Both the position numbers and the translations under genes were made by a program. Under the pieces are notes generated by a model that saw only the letters and a program-made list of their open reading frames with translations, ran no database searches and was not told the origin of the DNA. Below are positions 39,706-51,723 of a DNA stretch of 62,000 nucleotides, one piece after another; positions within the stretch are counted from its first letter, which is position 1; the number at the start of each line of letters is the position of its first letter. Origin of the DNA: Chiloscyllium plagiosum (lineage: Eukaryota); the NCBI RefSeq assembly GCF_004010195.1, contig NC_057756.1, forward strand, positions 777,805-839,804. Reading direction: 5' to 3'.

Positions 39706-40654
39706 GTACATTGTCTGACTTCTGTCTGTTCGAAATATGTGTCTTACAATATCAGACCATTACCCAAGTTTAAAATTAATACATTCCAAGAAATGTTCCT
39801 CCTAACCTGCTCCTCATTAAAGTTTGAATACGTAACGTTAAACCTTACATAATGCAGTCATTCTCCAGAGTTTTAAGCCATTGGAACATTTGCTAGCTGA
39901 CTAAGTGAATTGCACAGCTATTCGGAAGATCTGTATGTTTACTGACTGCAACGGAAGAATTACAGACAAGGTGACCTGACTTCGCTTCTGATTTTATTTT
40001 TTCAGTTACTTTATATATCTGCTCATGTCAGTCACCACCGCACATGCAAGTGGAAGCTCTTTTAACAGCACTTGACCTCTCAAAGAACTTCACAGTTTAA
40101 TTTGGTCTAGAGTATGTTCCTTTGCATTTATCTCACTGTGGAAATACTCCGGTTTCATGTAGAATTATATTACGTCTCGTATTCTATGTCTTTGGAAGTT
40201 CTTTGTTGAATTACATTCTCAAAGGCCTTGACAGATTTCCTGGAGTTAATACTTGGATACAATACTCCAAGCAGAGCGTCAGCAGAGAAATATCCATTAA
40301 AAGCAAAGGGTTTTTTTCGAGATAGCATGCGTGCTTCCTCCATGAAAAAACTGCCCACAAGCATTGATCTGCTGGCTCTTCCTATTATGAAAAAAAGCCG
40401 ACTCGGGATTTGGATAGGCAATACTCTCTGCGTATTTTCTTGAGAAATGGGAAATCGAAAGTCCTTGATCAAAATTTAATCAATCGGGCATTTATTATGA
40501 TGAATTCACCTAATTATAATTTTTTTAAAAATGTCTTCACCTTTCTAAAATTTACTAACTCAAACATTTTTATTTTCTGGGGGATGGAGATAAGCTTGTT
40601 ACAAGTCCATGTTTTCTGAGTCAATATTTCTGCCAAAGGCTACATTAAAAGATG

Positions 40655-41215
40655 TATAGTGTGGTGCTGGAAACACGCAGCCAATCAAGTAGCATCCGAG
40701 GAGCAGAGCAGTCAATGTTTCCAGCATATGCTCTTCATCAAGAATGAGGGCCTTGTGTAGGGAGGAAGAGAATTTCTTCTAGGTAGGCATTACTGTAAGA
40801 CGCTTCACAGTAAGGTTATAATTAACTAGGCGAAAGTGAAGACCGGATATGTTGGAGGTCATAGTCCTTGGAAGAGGGTTCTCAGCAGGTTTATAATCAA
40901 GTAGAAAAACGTGAGGACTGTAGTTGGTGGAGATCAGAGTACCTTGGACGAGGTTTCACAGTAACGTTATAATCAGCTTGGAGAAAGCATCTGCTGTACT
41001 AATTTCTCCTAGTCGATTATAAACTTGCTGCGATGGCTCGTCCAGGGATGCCTAGTTTGAAGAAGTTCTCCGCCTCACTCTACAAGGTGACGAAGAGCAT
41101 ATGCTCGAAATGTTGACTCTCCTGTTCCTCGCATCCTGCCTGACTGGCTGTGCCTTTTCAGCACCACACTCTTCATCTCTGATATGCAGCATCTGCAGTC
41201 CTCACTTCCTCCTAT
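40655..41215. mobile_element. Inverted cluster of Neptune Penelope terminal repeats
   Basis: 40655-40990 is opposed by the reverse-oriented 40990-41215 (ends cagcatctgcagtcctcacttc). Confidence 0.7.
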
Positions 41216-41635
41216 TTTTAGAGACGTGCAAAGCATGGACTCAGCTAATTCATTGAAGAGTGAAACCATTATAAGAATCAACAATTATCATAACAGTAAA
41301 CTTTGTGCACAAACTACAAATCACAGCAATAGTTAATTTCTAATTCAAAGGTACGACATAATCCTCTTAATCAATCCAAATGCCAAAAGGATAGATGCAT
41401 GATGTGAATGACACCTGTTGCTTCAACTCTTAAGAAATAATATCTTTAAATCCATGTGTTATGATATTCAGTGACCTAGGAGAGAACATCACTGAATGCT
41501 ACAGGCTATTTGGCAAGGGAACGCATCGATAACAGTGTCTTTGCAGATAGACATTTGTGATTATATTTAACGTCTCCAAACAAATTGTTATTAAATTAAC
41601 TGCAAAATCTTTGTTTCGTGTTTACACTTTAACAG

Positions 41636-41662
41636 AGGAAAAACTTACAGAAAAAGAGAAAG
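41636..41662 (+). CDS. Microexon E16 (27 nt, class K): EEKLTEKEK
   Basis: tttacactttaacag|AGGAAAAACTTACAGAAAAAGAGAAAG|gtaatg. Confidence 0.86.
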
Positions 41663-41711
41663 GTAATGTGTTCAAAATTTATCTGAAAAGGTAATATTAG
41701 GCACGGATGCA

Positions 41712-41990
41712 TCTAGATTAGATAAGATTCCCTCGAGTATAGAAACCCACCCTTCGGCCCAACAAGTCCACATCGTGTCTATGAAGAGTAACCCACCCAG
41801 ACCCATTTCCCATATTCATGCCTGAATAAGGCACCTAACAACAATTCACCTGGCCTGTATACCTGTGGACTATGGAAGTAAATCAGAGCACACCCATACA
41901 AACTTCACACAGAACAATCGTGCAAGGCAGGACACAAACCCAGCTGCCTGGCACTCTGAGTTAGCAATGCAAACCACTGACCCACCTTGC
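41712..41990 (-). mobile_element. HE1/V-SINE-type SINE, degraded
   Basis: tagattagataagattccc tail complement; family body. Confidence 0.8.
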
Positions 41991-42654
41991 TACACCATCT
42001 GGCACCCAATGCGTGCAAGCATGTGGGTGTGTGCCCATGTGTAACACTTTATTTTTTTGATCTGAGAAAAGTGAAAATGGTCTCAATGAGGAATATCTCG
42101 GAAGATAGGCTGAAATATATTATAATTTGAAGAATAGGAGATTTCATTTTCACCATTGAAAACATTCATATTCCACTAATGAACATTTTTCCTTATTAAC
42201 GAACAATAAACTTGACATTCAGCAATTTTGATCTTAAGAAAGTAGATAAGTGTCGTTAATGACATTTCTTATTTTTATCTTCAGTTCACATGTCACATCA
42301 TAAAAAATCATGACGAACTTATGACGTTTCAGTCCCCATTACCCATTGTCATATATAGAGCTATGAAGTAGTGCATAGCATGCAGAAAATATACATCTAT
42401 GCTAAACGCATTAGTGGCAGGTTAGCTTGCTCTTCGATGCATTCTTGATCCAATAATGAATAAAAGACCAATATGTGAAGGTTTGAGTTATAGCCTTTGA
42501 GTATCTAGAGTAGTTTGAACAAGTGTGGTATCACAAAATGATTCTCATGGAGGTCAATGTTAATCTACAAAACAATCCTGTTTGTTATCGCCATAATTGG
42601 AATAAAATATTGTTGTTGTTCAAAGGCAAGCACCTTAGCTCAAGGCATCGCTAA

Positions 42655-42967
42655 CGTGGTGGCTTAGTAGTTAGCAGTACTCCCTCGCAGCACCAGAGAC
42701 CTGGATTCAGTTCCAGATTCAGGCAACAATGCATGGAGTTTGCACATTCTGCCCGTATCTGTGTGGGCTCCTCCAATAGCGCAAAGATGCGAAGGTTAGC
42801 TGAAAGGGCCATGCTTAATTGCCCGTAGTGTTCAGGGCTGTGTAGCAAGGTGTGCTGGTCAGGGGTGAATACAGGGTAGGGGAATGAATCTGGTTGGGTT
42901 ACTATTTGGAGGGTTGGTGTGGACTTGTTGGATCAAAGGGCTTGTTTCCACACTGTAGGAATTCTAA
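42655..42967 (+). mobile_element. HE1/V-SINE-type SINE
   Basis: Family sequence; tail ccacactgtaggaattcta. Confidence 0.85.
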
Positions 42968-44035
42968 TGTTAATCAGAATAGCATAACAGGATCCATATT
43001 ATAAAGTCATTTTAATAATAGCATTCCGTAAATCAGAAAGTAAAAGAAAACTGATTATTTATAATTTGGATTTCACAGTGAACAATACCATTCACAACAA
43101 AGCACAACCTAAAATATATATGATTTTATACAACTAGTCATGGCTTTGGATAATAATTGGTAATCCTATGAATCACTCATCTTCCTCATGATGTGTACCA
43201 CAGCAGATCAAAACACACTATGCAATGTCAGTACATAGACTACCAATTTCTTTTTGTGCTAGAACAAAGATTTGCAGGTTTTCTTTAAATAGCACTGCTG
43301 ACGTTATGAAGAAGCTGAGGTAAATTCAATTTTTTGAAACAAAAGCGGAGTTAATGTTTCGATTACAATCATTCTGGTGAAGGGGAACCAAAGTCGCAAT
43401 GTTGATTCTGTTTTCTCCCTGCAGATCCTGTCACACCTGTTGATTTCATCCAACGATTTCTGCTTCTGTTTCAGATCTCTAGCATGGCAGTTCTTTGCTT
43501 TATTATAATGTTCAATGTTGATAGCATGATGCAGAAATCCATTCATGACTGATATTTTCCTGCAACAGTACATATCCTTAAGCAGCTAAATCGCACTATC
43601 ATACATCCATGTCGTCATTTAATATTATGAAATGTTATGCCAAAAAAAGCTACAACACAAAAGAGAACTGACCCTATCAGTTTGATACTCAATTGCATTT
43701 CCAAATGTATACCAATCATTTTAAATGTTGAGTTTCTATTGATCAGAATCAGAATCAGATTTCGAACAACTATTGTGGCGGGCACAGGTCAAAAGCTCGA
43801 ATTCAAACATAACCTACTTCACCGTTTGATTCCTGACATGACAGCGATCAAGGTACAAGTGAGTATTTAATGAAAAATCCCACAATTGCCTGACTGCAGC
43901 TCCAACAACACCACAAAAACGAGATACCTTCCAGTTCAAATGACATCGCAGGTTTGACAGACCATCCTATCCCTCAAACATTCATTCATTACAGTACAGC
44001 ATGAACTGTTATCTGTGTAAGACAAGAATGCAGGC

Positions 44036-44168
44036 AGGGAAAAAGTGAGCACTGCAGATGCTGGAGATCAGAGTCAAAGAGTTTGGTGCTAGAAAAACAG
44101 CCAGTCAGGCAGCATCCGAGAAGCCAGAGAATCGAGGTTTCGGGCTTACGACCTTCATCAGGAATGAG
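44036..44168 (-). mobile_element. Neptune Penelope terminal repeat with hammerhead core (44137-44161)
   Basis: Reverse complement reads cCTGATGAaggtcgtaagcccGAAAC. Confidence 0.78.
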
Positions 44169-44734
44169 AATATGTATATCGCAGTTAATGAAGCTTCCCT
44201 TGTCAATACATTCCTTGCAGGCATCCTCCAACACATAGAAATGCAGACACACACAAAACAAATGCAAGTACAGTACTAGAAACTAATTCCTTGAACTCAA
44301 AATGGAAGTATTGGAATCTCTCCTCCTTCTGCAGGTTAGTAGACCATCAGTTTTACTAGCACAGTCCTTGTTCTATCCCAAGAAAGACTGCAATAGTTAA
44401 CAACAATAACAAATATGGAATTATGGATCTGAAAACAAATGCAGGACTATGAGGATATTTCAGGGAAATTAAAACATTGTAATTTGATATGGTTTAGCCT
44501 TTGTAGTTGAAAACACATTGTTCATCTAAGCAATATCTCAATGAACTTCCCTAAATCAATAGGAAACAGATTAGTAGGAGAACCATCCTAACCGCATTCC
44601 AAAATGTATTTGCACATCTTTGTAGTTCACAGAAATCTTTATCCAAGTCAATAATTGGACGTTGAAATTTAGTGAACTTTCTGAAGAAGGGACTTTGGAC
44701 GCAAAAAGTTAATTCTGATTTCTGTTGCCAGACC

Positions 44735-45033
44735 TTAGACTTAGATTAGATTACTTACAGTGTGGAAACAGCCCTTTCGCCCAAGAAGTCCACACTGATC
44801 CGCAACCCAACCATACCCCTACACCTAACACTACGGGCAATTGAGCATGGCCAATTCACCTGACCTGCACATCTTTGGACTGTGGGAGGGAAACCGGAAC
44901 ACCCGGAGGAAACCCACACAGACACGGGGAGAATGTGCAAACTCCACACAGTCAGTAGCCAGAGGCGGGAGTTGAACACAGGTCTCTGGCGCTGTGAGGC
45001 AGCAGGGCTAACCACTGTGCCACCTTGCTGCCC
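44735..45033 (-). mobile_element. HE1/V-SINE-type SINE, full length
   Basis: (ttaga)n tail complement; head complement ccactgtgccaccttgctgccc. Confidence 0.92.
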
Positions 45034-45317
45034 ACTTAACTGTTTTTGTTTCCCAATTCCAGCATTCACAATTCTTTGTTTTCTTATTGTTTTTTAAACA
45101 ATGAATGGTTATTTGCATGCCTGATTAATTTAAGTGCAATTTCCATATGTTCCCATAAAAATGCACCTTCCAGCTCAATGAGCAAAACCTACATCCGTGA
45201 TCCCATCTGTTGGTGACCTACAGAACCGTATTGATTCTTTATGACAGATGATTTTGTGTTACATGAGCAAATACAATTATATAATTAAATAGTTGAAAAG
45301 TGATTTTGCTTTCTCAG

Positions 45318-45344
45318 AATTGGAAGATCTGGAGCAAAAATGCA
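45318..45344 (+). CDS. Microexon E17 (27 nt, class C): ELEDLEQKC
   Basis: ttttgctttctcag|AATTGGAAGATCTGGAGCAAAAATGCA|gtgagt. Confidence 0.88.
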
Positions 45345-45514
45345 GTGAGTACTTCTGAGGCAACTTTTAGGTAAATTTTTAAATTACGACATCCCTTGCC
45401 GAATGGTATGTTGTGCATCTCGTGGTTCAAGAAGCAACCTTCACAACTTTCCCAAGAAAACCTAAGGATGGATATTGAATGCAGGCACAGCCTGCCAGGT
45501 TCATTTTTATTGTT

Positions 45515-48500
45515 AAAAACAAGGGCTGCAAATGCTGGAAACCAGATTTTAGATTAGGGTGGTGCTGGAATATCTCAGCAATTCAGGCAGCACCCGAGGA
45601 GCAGGAAATCGAAATTTCAGGCAAAATCCCTTCATCAGGAATAGAGGCAGAGTGCCTGCAGGGTGGAGAGATAAATGAGAGGAGGGTGGGGGAAGGGAGA
45701 AAGTAGCATAGAGTACAATAGGTGAATGGGGTGGGGATGGAGGAGATAGGTCAGGGAGGAAGGCGGGGTAGTTAGCAAACAGTACAATGGGTGAATGGGT
45801 ATGGGGATGAAGGTGATAAGTCAGAGAAGAAGGTGGAGTGGATAGATGGAAAGGAAGATAGACAGGTAGGACAAGTCGTGGGGCCAGTGCTGATCTGGAA
45901 GTTTGAAGCTGGGGTGAGGTGGGGAAGGGGAAATGAGGATACTGGTGAAGTCCACATTGATGACATGGGGTTTAAGTGTTCCGAGGCAGAAGATGAGGTG
46001 GTCTTCCTCCAGGCGTCGGGTGGTGAGGGAGCGACTGTGAAGGAGGCCCAGGACCTCCATGTCCTTGGCTGAGTGAGGGGGGGGGGGGGAATTGAAATGC
46101 TGGGACACAGGGCGGTGGGGTTGATTGGTGCGGGTGTCCCAGAGATGTTCCTTAAAGTGCTCTGCGAGGAGGCATCCAGTCTCCCCAATGTAGAGTAGAC
46201 CACATCGGGAGCACCGGATACAATAAATGATATTGGTGGATGTGCAGGTGAAACTTTGATGGATGTGGAAGGATCCTTTTGGGCCTTGGATGGAGGTGAG
46301 GGAGGCAGTATGGGCGCAGGTTTTGCAATTCCTGCGGTGGCAGGGGAAGATGCCAGGTCGGGAGGGTAGGTTGTTGGGGGTGTGTGGGCCTGACCAAGTA
46401 GTCACGGAGGGAATGGTCTTTGCGGAAGGTGGGAAGGGGTGGGGAGAGAAATATATCCCTAGTGGTGGGGTCCGTTTGGAGGTGGCAGAAATGTCGTCGG
46501 ATGATTTGGTTTATGGGTAGGTTGGTCGGGTGGAAGGTGAGCACCAGGGGGGTTCTGTCCTTGTTACGGTTGGAGGGGTGGGGTCTGATGTGGATGAGAT
46601 GTGTTGGCGGGCATCTTTGACCACGTGGGAAGGGAAATTGCGTTCTCTAAAGAAGGACGCCATCTGGTGTGTTGTGTGGTGGAACTGGTCCTGCTGGGAG
46701 CAGATACGGTGGAGGCACAGGCGGAGGAATTAGGATATGGGATGGCATTTTTGCAGGAGGTAGGGTGGGGAGAGGTGTAATCCAGTTAGCTGTGGGAGTC
46801 GGTAGGTTTGTACAAAATGCCGGTGTCAAATGTCGGTCGTAATTAATGGAGATGGAGAGGTCCAGGAAGGGGAGAGAGGTGTCAGAGATGGTCCAGGTTA
46901 ATCTAAGATCGGGGGGAAGGTGTTGGTGAAGTTGATGAATTGCTCAAACTCCTTGCGGGAGCATGAGGTGGCAGCAATGCAGTCATCAATGTAGTGGAGG
47001 AAGATGTGGGGAGTGGTGCCGGTGTAACTACAGACTGTTCTACGTAGCCAACAAAGAGACAGTCATAGCTGGGGCCCATACGGGTGCCCATGGTTGCCCC
47101 TTTGGTATGGAGAAAGTGGGAGGGTCCGAAGGAGAAATTGTTGAGGGTGAGGACTAGTTCAGCCAAACGAATGAGGGTTTTGGTGGAAGGGTACTTTTGG
47201 GGACGTCGGGATATGAAGAAACGGAGGGCTTGGAGGCACTGGTCATGGCGGATGGAGGTGTAGAGGGATTGGATATCCATGGTGAAGATGAGGTGTTTGG
47301 GGCCGGTTAAGCGGAAGTCATGGAGGAGGTGGAGGGCATGGGTGGTGTCTCAAACGCATGTGGGAAGTTCCTGGACTTGGGGAGATAGGACAGTGTCGAG
47401 GTGGGTAGAGATGAGTTCAGTGGGGCAGGAGTATGCTGAGATAATGGGTCGGCCAGTGTGGTCAGGCTTATGGATTTGGGAAGGAGGTAGAACCGGGCAG
47501 TGCGGGGTTCCCGGACTATGAGGTTGGAAGCTGTGGCTGGGAGATCTCCTGAGGTGATGAGGTTCTGTATGGTCTGGGAGATGATGATTTGGTGATGGGG
47601 GTGGGATAATGATCGAGGGAGTGGTAGGAGGAGGTGTCTTCGAGTTGGCGTCTGGCTTCAGCAGTGTAGAGGTCAGTGCACCAGACTACCTCTCCAGTCC
47701 CTTTATCTGCTGGCTTGATGGTGAGGTCGGGATTGGAGCAGGAGGAGTGGAGGTCTGCGCGTTGTGAGGGTGAGAGGTTGGAGTGGGGGAGGGGGGAAGA
47801 CAGGCTGAGGCAGTTAAACTCCTGGCGGCAGTTGCAAATGAAGAGATCGAGGGCAGGTAAAGGCCATCACAGGGTGTCCAGGTAGATGGGGTGTGTTGGA
47901 GGCGGACGAAGGGGTGCTCAGAAGGTGGGCAGGAGTCCTGATTATAAAAGTAAGCTCAGAGGCGGAGGCGGCGGTAGAAGTGTTCGACGTCACAGCATGT
48001 ATTAAATTCATTGATGCGTGGGCGGAGGGCAAATAAGGTTAGTTCTTGGCTGAGGACTGATCGTTCGTCCTCAGTGAGGGGGAGGTCTGGAGGGATGGTG
48101 AAAACTCTGCAGGACTAGGAGCTGGAACCCAGTGTGGGTGTGGAGCTGGGAGTGGGATGGAGCCTGTTACTGGAGTGGGCATGGTGGTGGGGAATAGGGG
48201 TGGAGGCATGGGCAGAGTTGATGTTCCATTCAGGGTTCTTGGGTGAAGGGGGTGGTGACAGTTGTCTCTGTGGGGAGGGGCGGGGTGCGTGTCAGTAGAA
48301 TGCAAGTGAGTGATGTTGGTGAGGGCGGAAGTGGTGGCAATCACGGCAGTGGGGGGCGGAAGTCACTGAATGTGTGATATCAGCGATGATGTGAGGGCCG
48401 TAATGATGTCACGTATGGTGCATGAGGAATTGTGATGGACAGAAGTGGCTGTGGAAGCGGCCATGATGGGACGGAAGTGACGTCATCGACCACCGGGGAG

Positions 48501-49090
48501 GTCGCTGCACCAATCGCATGGCTAATGGCGTCCGAGAAGTTCCAGAAGCCGGGGGAATCTTCTGGAATGTTTGTAGAGTGCTGGTTATGTAGTTGGGTAG
48601 ATAAACGTTTGTTATACATACTGTTTTTGATGTTTGAGACGGTGTTGAAATAGTGTTTGGTGAGCATATAAATTCTCCTGAGAATATAGTAAAGGAGGGG
48701 TCCTTTGCAGTTCTGAGAGAGTGCGGCCCTTGGCTGAGGCAGGGCAGATTGTAGGGAGGTTAGGTGCCGGCGCATTGCTGCGAGTGTGGAACGGAGGATA
48801 TTGAAGGAGAACCGTTGCTCGTGTTTTTGAATCTGAAGTCTGTACTGTTTGTCCTGTTCCGTTCTGAACTCTGCTGGTTGAAAGGTGGTCCGGAGTCCGT
48901 GTGGGATGAGTTAGTTAGGGAGGTAGGCACTGAGGAAGCAAATGTAGCTGTGGTAGCGAGTTTGTGTCAGCACATGGTCGAAGTGCTTCAGGGCAGAGGA
49001 AATGACCTGGGAGTTGCAGTGGGAGAGGGATTCCCTGAGATTCTTGTAGAGAGAGGAGGAATCTTTCTTCAAGGCAGGCATCCATTTTCA
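45515..49090 (-). mobile_element. Near-full-length, frameshifted Neptune-clade Penelope-like retroelement (RT, Cys linker, GIY-YIG)
   Basis: RT MDIQSLYTSI...LVLTLNNFSF...GATMGTRMGPSY (46903-47280); Cys linker PCHRRNCKTC and GIY-YIG NIIYCIRCSRCGLLYIGETG (45821-46405); hammerhead-like terminal repeat at about 45612-45640. Confidence 0.92.
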
Positions 49091-50928
49091 TTGTAAAAAA
49101 ATTGAAGGGTATCATTCTGAATTGCTCGATTTACCGTCATTGCCCATGAATTCCTGCATCAATATCTGTTTAAATGCAACAATCATGCGGCAACAGGCAG
49201 TCTTACAGAAGTATTGGGGCAACGACATTTTGGAGATTTGACTTATTTATCTCGGACATGTTCCTGATAAGTATCAGTGATTAATGCTGCAGTTGGCCTG
49301 CATGTCACCAGCTAAATTAATCCTATCCATATAGAGTTAACCTGATTGTTTTATCTAATTTCAAGCTGCCTGGTTAAGTTATTTCTTTTCTTCCAAGTAT
49401 TTCTGTCATGCATATACATTGATGCATAATATTCAAAGTGCATTTGCAGCATTTCTTGAAAAAGCAAACTAAAAATAGCAATGAGTAGATAACTCAAGAC
49501 TTTGCAAAATTTGGCTAGAACGCAATTTGCCTGCATACTATATTCCACTTTACATACCACATGATAATATCACAACTGTTCAACATTTAATTTCGTAAAT
49601 AATATAAATCGAATTAAAATCGACGGTCTTCCCAGTGAAAGCAGATTTTGCAGAGGAACTGTTTCTTCTGGACTCATCAGGACAAATGGAAGAATACATG
49701 AACCATCAATTGACCAACGTTGTTGCTTGGGAAATCAGAAACAATCTTTTGTTTTCTTTTAAATATAAGCAATAAGTTTGAATTAATCATTTTCTGATGC
49801 ATCAATTTTCTAATACAACTTCCCTGCTCAGCATAATCCACAGCTGCACGATACGAGAATCTGTTGTCCTGCAGAAACGTGTGTTGTTATTTTTAAAAAC
49901 CGGTGTTCACGTTTTTCTTTTGATAAGGGCAAGCCCGTGATTTAAGATCAAATCTCCAAATCATTAGGAATTACTTTAATCAAATTTAATTTAAGACTCA
50001 AAAATGCAGGAGATAGCTCCATTTATCCATCCATAACTGATGTGGCATGTTGAATGAATAAGTAAATATTTGTAAAAGAAATTTGATGCTGTGACAAGAA
50101 CCGAAACATTTACTAATCATTTAAGATTAGTTTGCAATGAATGACAGAAAAGTAGCGCATCTACATGAGATGCAAGTTAAATATTTAAAAACCCAACTTG
50201 CTCACAGGCCTTTTCTTCAGAGAGAGAGAGAGAGAGTGTTGATCTGGCGGTGACTTGTCTTTAGGTGAGAGGAGAGGTTAAGAAAAGAAATAATTCACGA
50301 TAACCTCATCCAGTGTGGGAATTGAATGCAAGCAGCTACTGTTGGTACTGTAATCCTGCCAACCAGACAACTGAACGAACGGACTCCCAAAGTAATGCTA
50401 CCATAGGTATCGAATGTAACGACTTAGGCAAATACATTCATTCAGAGACTGTTTTTAACTTCTAAAATCCTACCACAAATGTATGAGGCAAATATCATGA
50501 AACTTTTAAGGAAAGGCTGGATCGACTATTTTCGTGAAAAAAAGACCCCAGTATCTAAGTAGTTTAAAAAGGAATTTTATGGTCTAGTAAAGCATGAGAC
50601 TGGCATTGAATATTTGGTCCAGAATGCATATTTTCAAAATGTAGATACTATCCATTCTATCATTGATAATCAATTATAACATGATACGTGGAATTTCACC
50701 TGAGACACTTGAGAGCCATGAAAGATAATTGGCGCAGCTTCATTCTCAAAATAATATTTTGTAGCCGCTTGCCTGCAGATAGGAAGAGATAATGCATTGA
50801 ATGCGAAACAATAGCTGAGTGCAAGGTGTACTGTGCTGCTCTAAGTTTGAAAAATAGATCGGTTATAGTACCCGGTACAGTATGTTTGACATTACATCTG
50901 TGCTAAACATACCTACTTTTGACTACAG

Positions 50929-50955
50929 AAAAAGATCTCGAGAATAAGGATGCAG
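50929..50955 (+). CDS. Microexon E18 (27 nt, class A): KKDLENKDA
   Basis: ctacttttgactacag|AAAAAGATCTCGAGAATAAGGATGCAG|gtaaatt. Confidence 0.86.
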
Positions 50956-51339
50956 GTAAATTGCATCATTTGTGTATCATTTTGCTTTTCATAATTTCAC
51001 AATTTGTTGTGAATGTAAATTACGAAGCATAGAATTAAGTTGCAACAAGAATCAACCAAATTAATTCTGCACCACTGTAGTCCCAATTGGGAGGACGTCC
51101 AGATTAGTCTGAGTGTACTGAGTTTTAGGTTCTGTTTCTCTTTAGTGCAGACAGAGTCTCCCCCATTGATGCTATTGTCCAGTGTTGCGTAACTTCTGCT
51201 TTGCTGTAGTGACTGTTTTGGTGTTATATGTCATACCACGGTGATATTTTCACAGTTAGGTGAAAATTAAGTATTACATATAACGAATTTTGGATAAAAA
51301 ACGTCATTAGCACCAACGCAGTTTTCGAATGCATATGCA

Positions 51340-51364
51340 TATATATATATATATATATATATAT
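51340..51364. repeat. (AT)n microsatellite
   Basis: Direct reading. Confidence 0.9.
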
Positions 51365-51696
51365 CAGAAGTGATATTGTTAAAATACACCTTGCTTGTAC
51401 ATTGCTAATTGTTTTAGGTAGGTGACTACTTGCTTTTAGGTGTTTCATAGATTTCTGATTTTTTTTACATCAAAAATATGCCTTTCACGTTTATGAAATT
51501 AGTTCCGAATTTTGGTCGTGCAAGAACTGCTAACAGTTCAGTTTAGATTATGTGTCGAGATGCAGTGAAATTTTATTGAGCAAATTAAGCTAGTTTTACT
51601 CAAACAACGTCACGGCTTAAAGAAACATAAACAAAAGACCTGGAGTTTAGAATTAGTATATGACTAAATCGAAGATTTTACTTTGTTTATTTACAG

Positions 51697-51723
51697 AACT
51701 CAAAGGCAAGGTGGACGAGTTAG
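51697..51723 (+). CDS. Microexon E19 (27 nt, class L): ELKGKVDEL
   Basis: ctttgtttatttacag|AACTCAAAGGCAAGGTGGACGAGTTAG|gtgagc. Confidence 0.88.
   Translation, partial: NSKARWTS

Noticed and set aside
43293..43858. 27-nt AG/GT segment (43293-43319) and 14-nt segment (43845-43858)
   Set aside because: The 27-mer has a TGA in the gene's phase 1; using phase 2 needs a frame-shifting upstream exon that I could not find.
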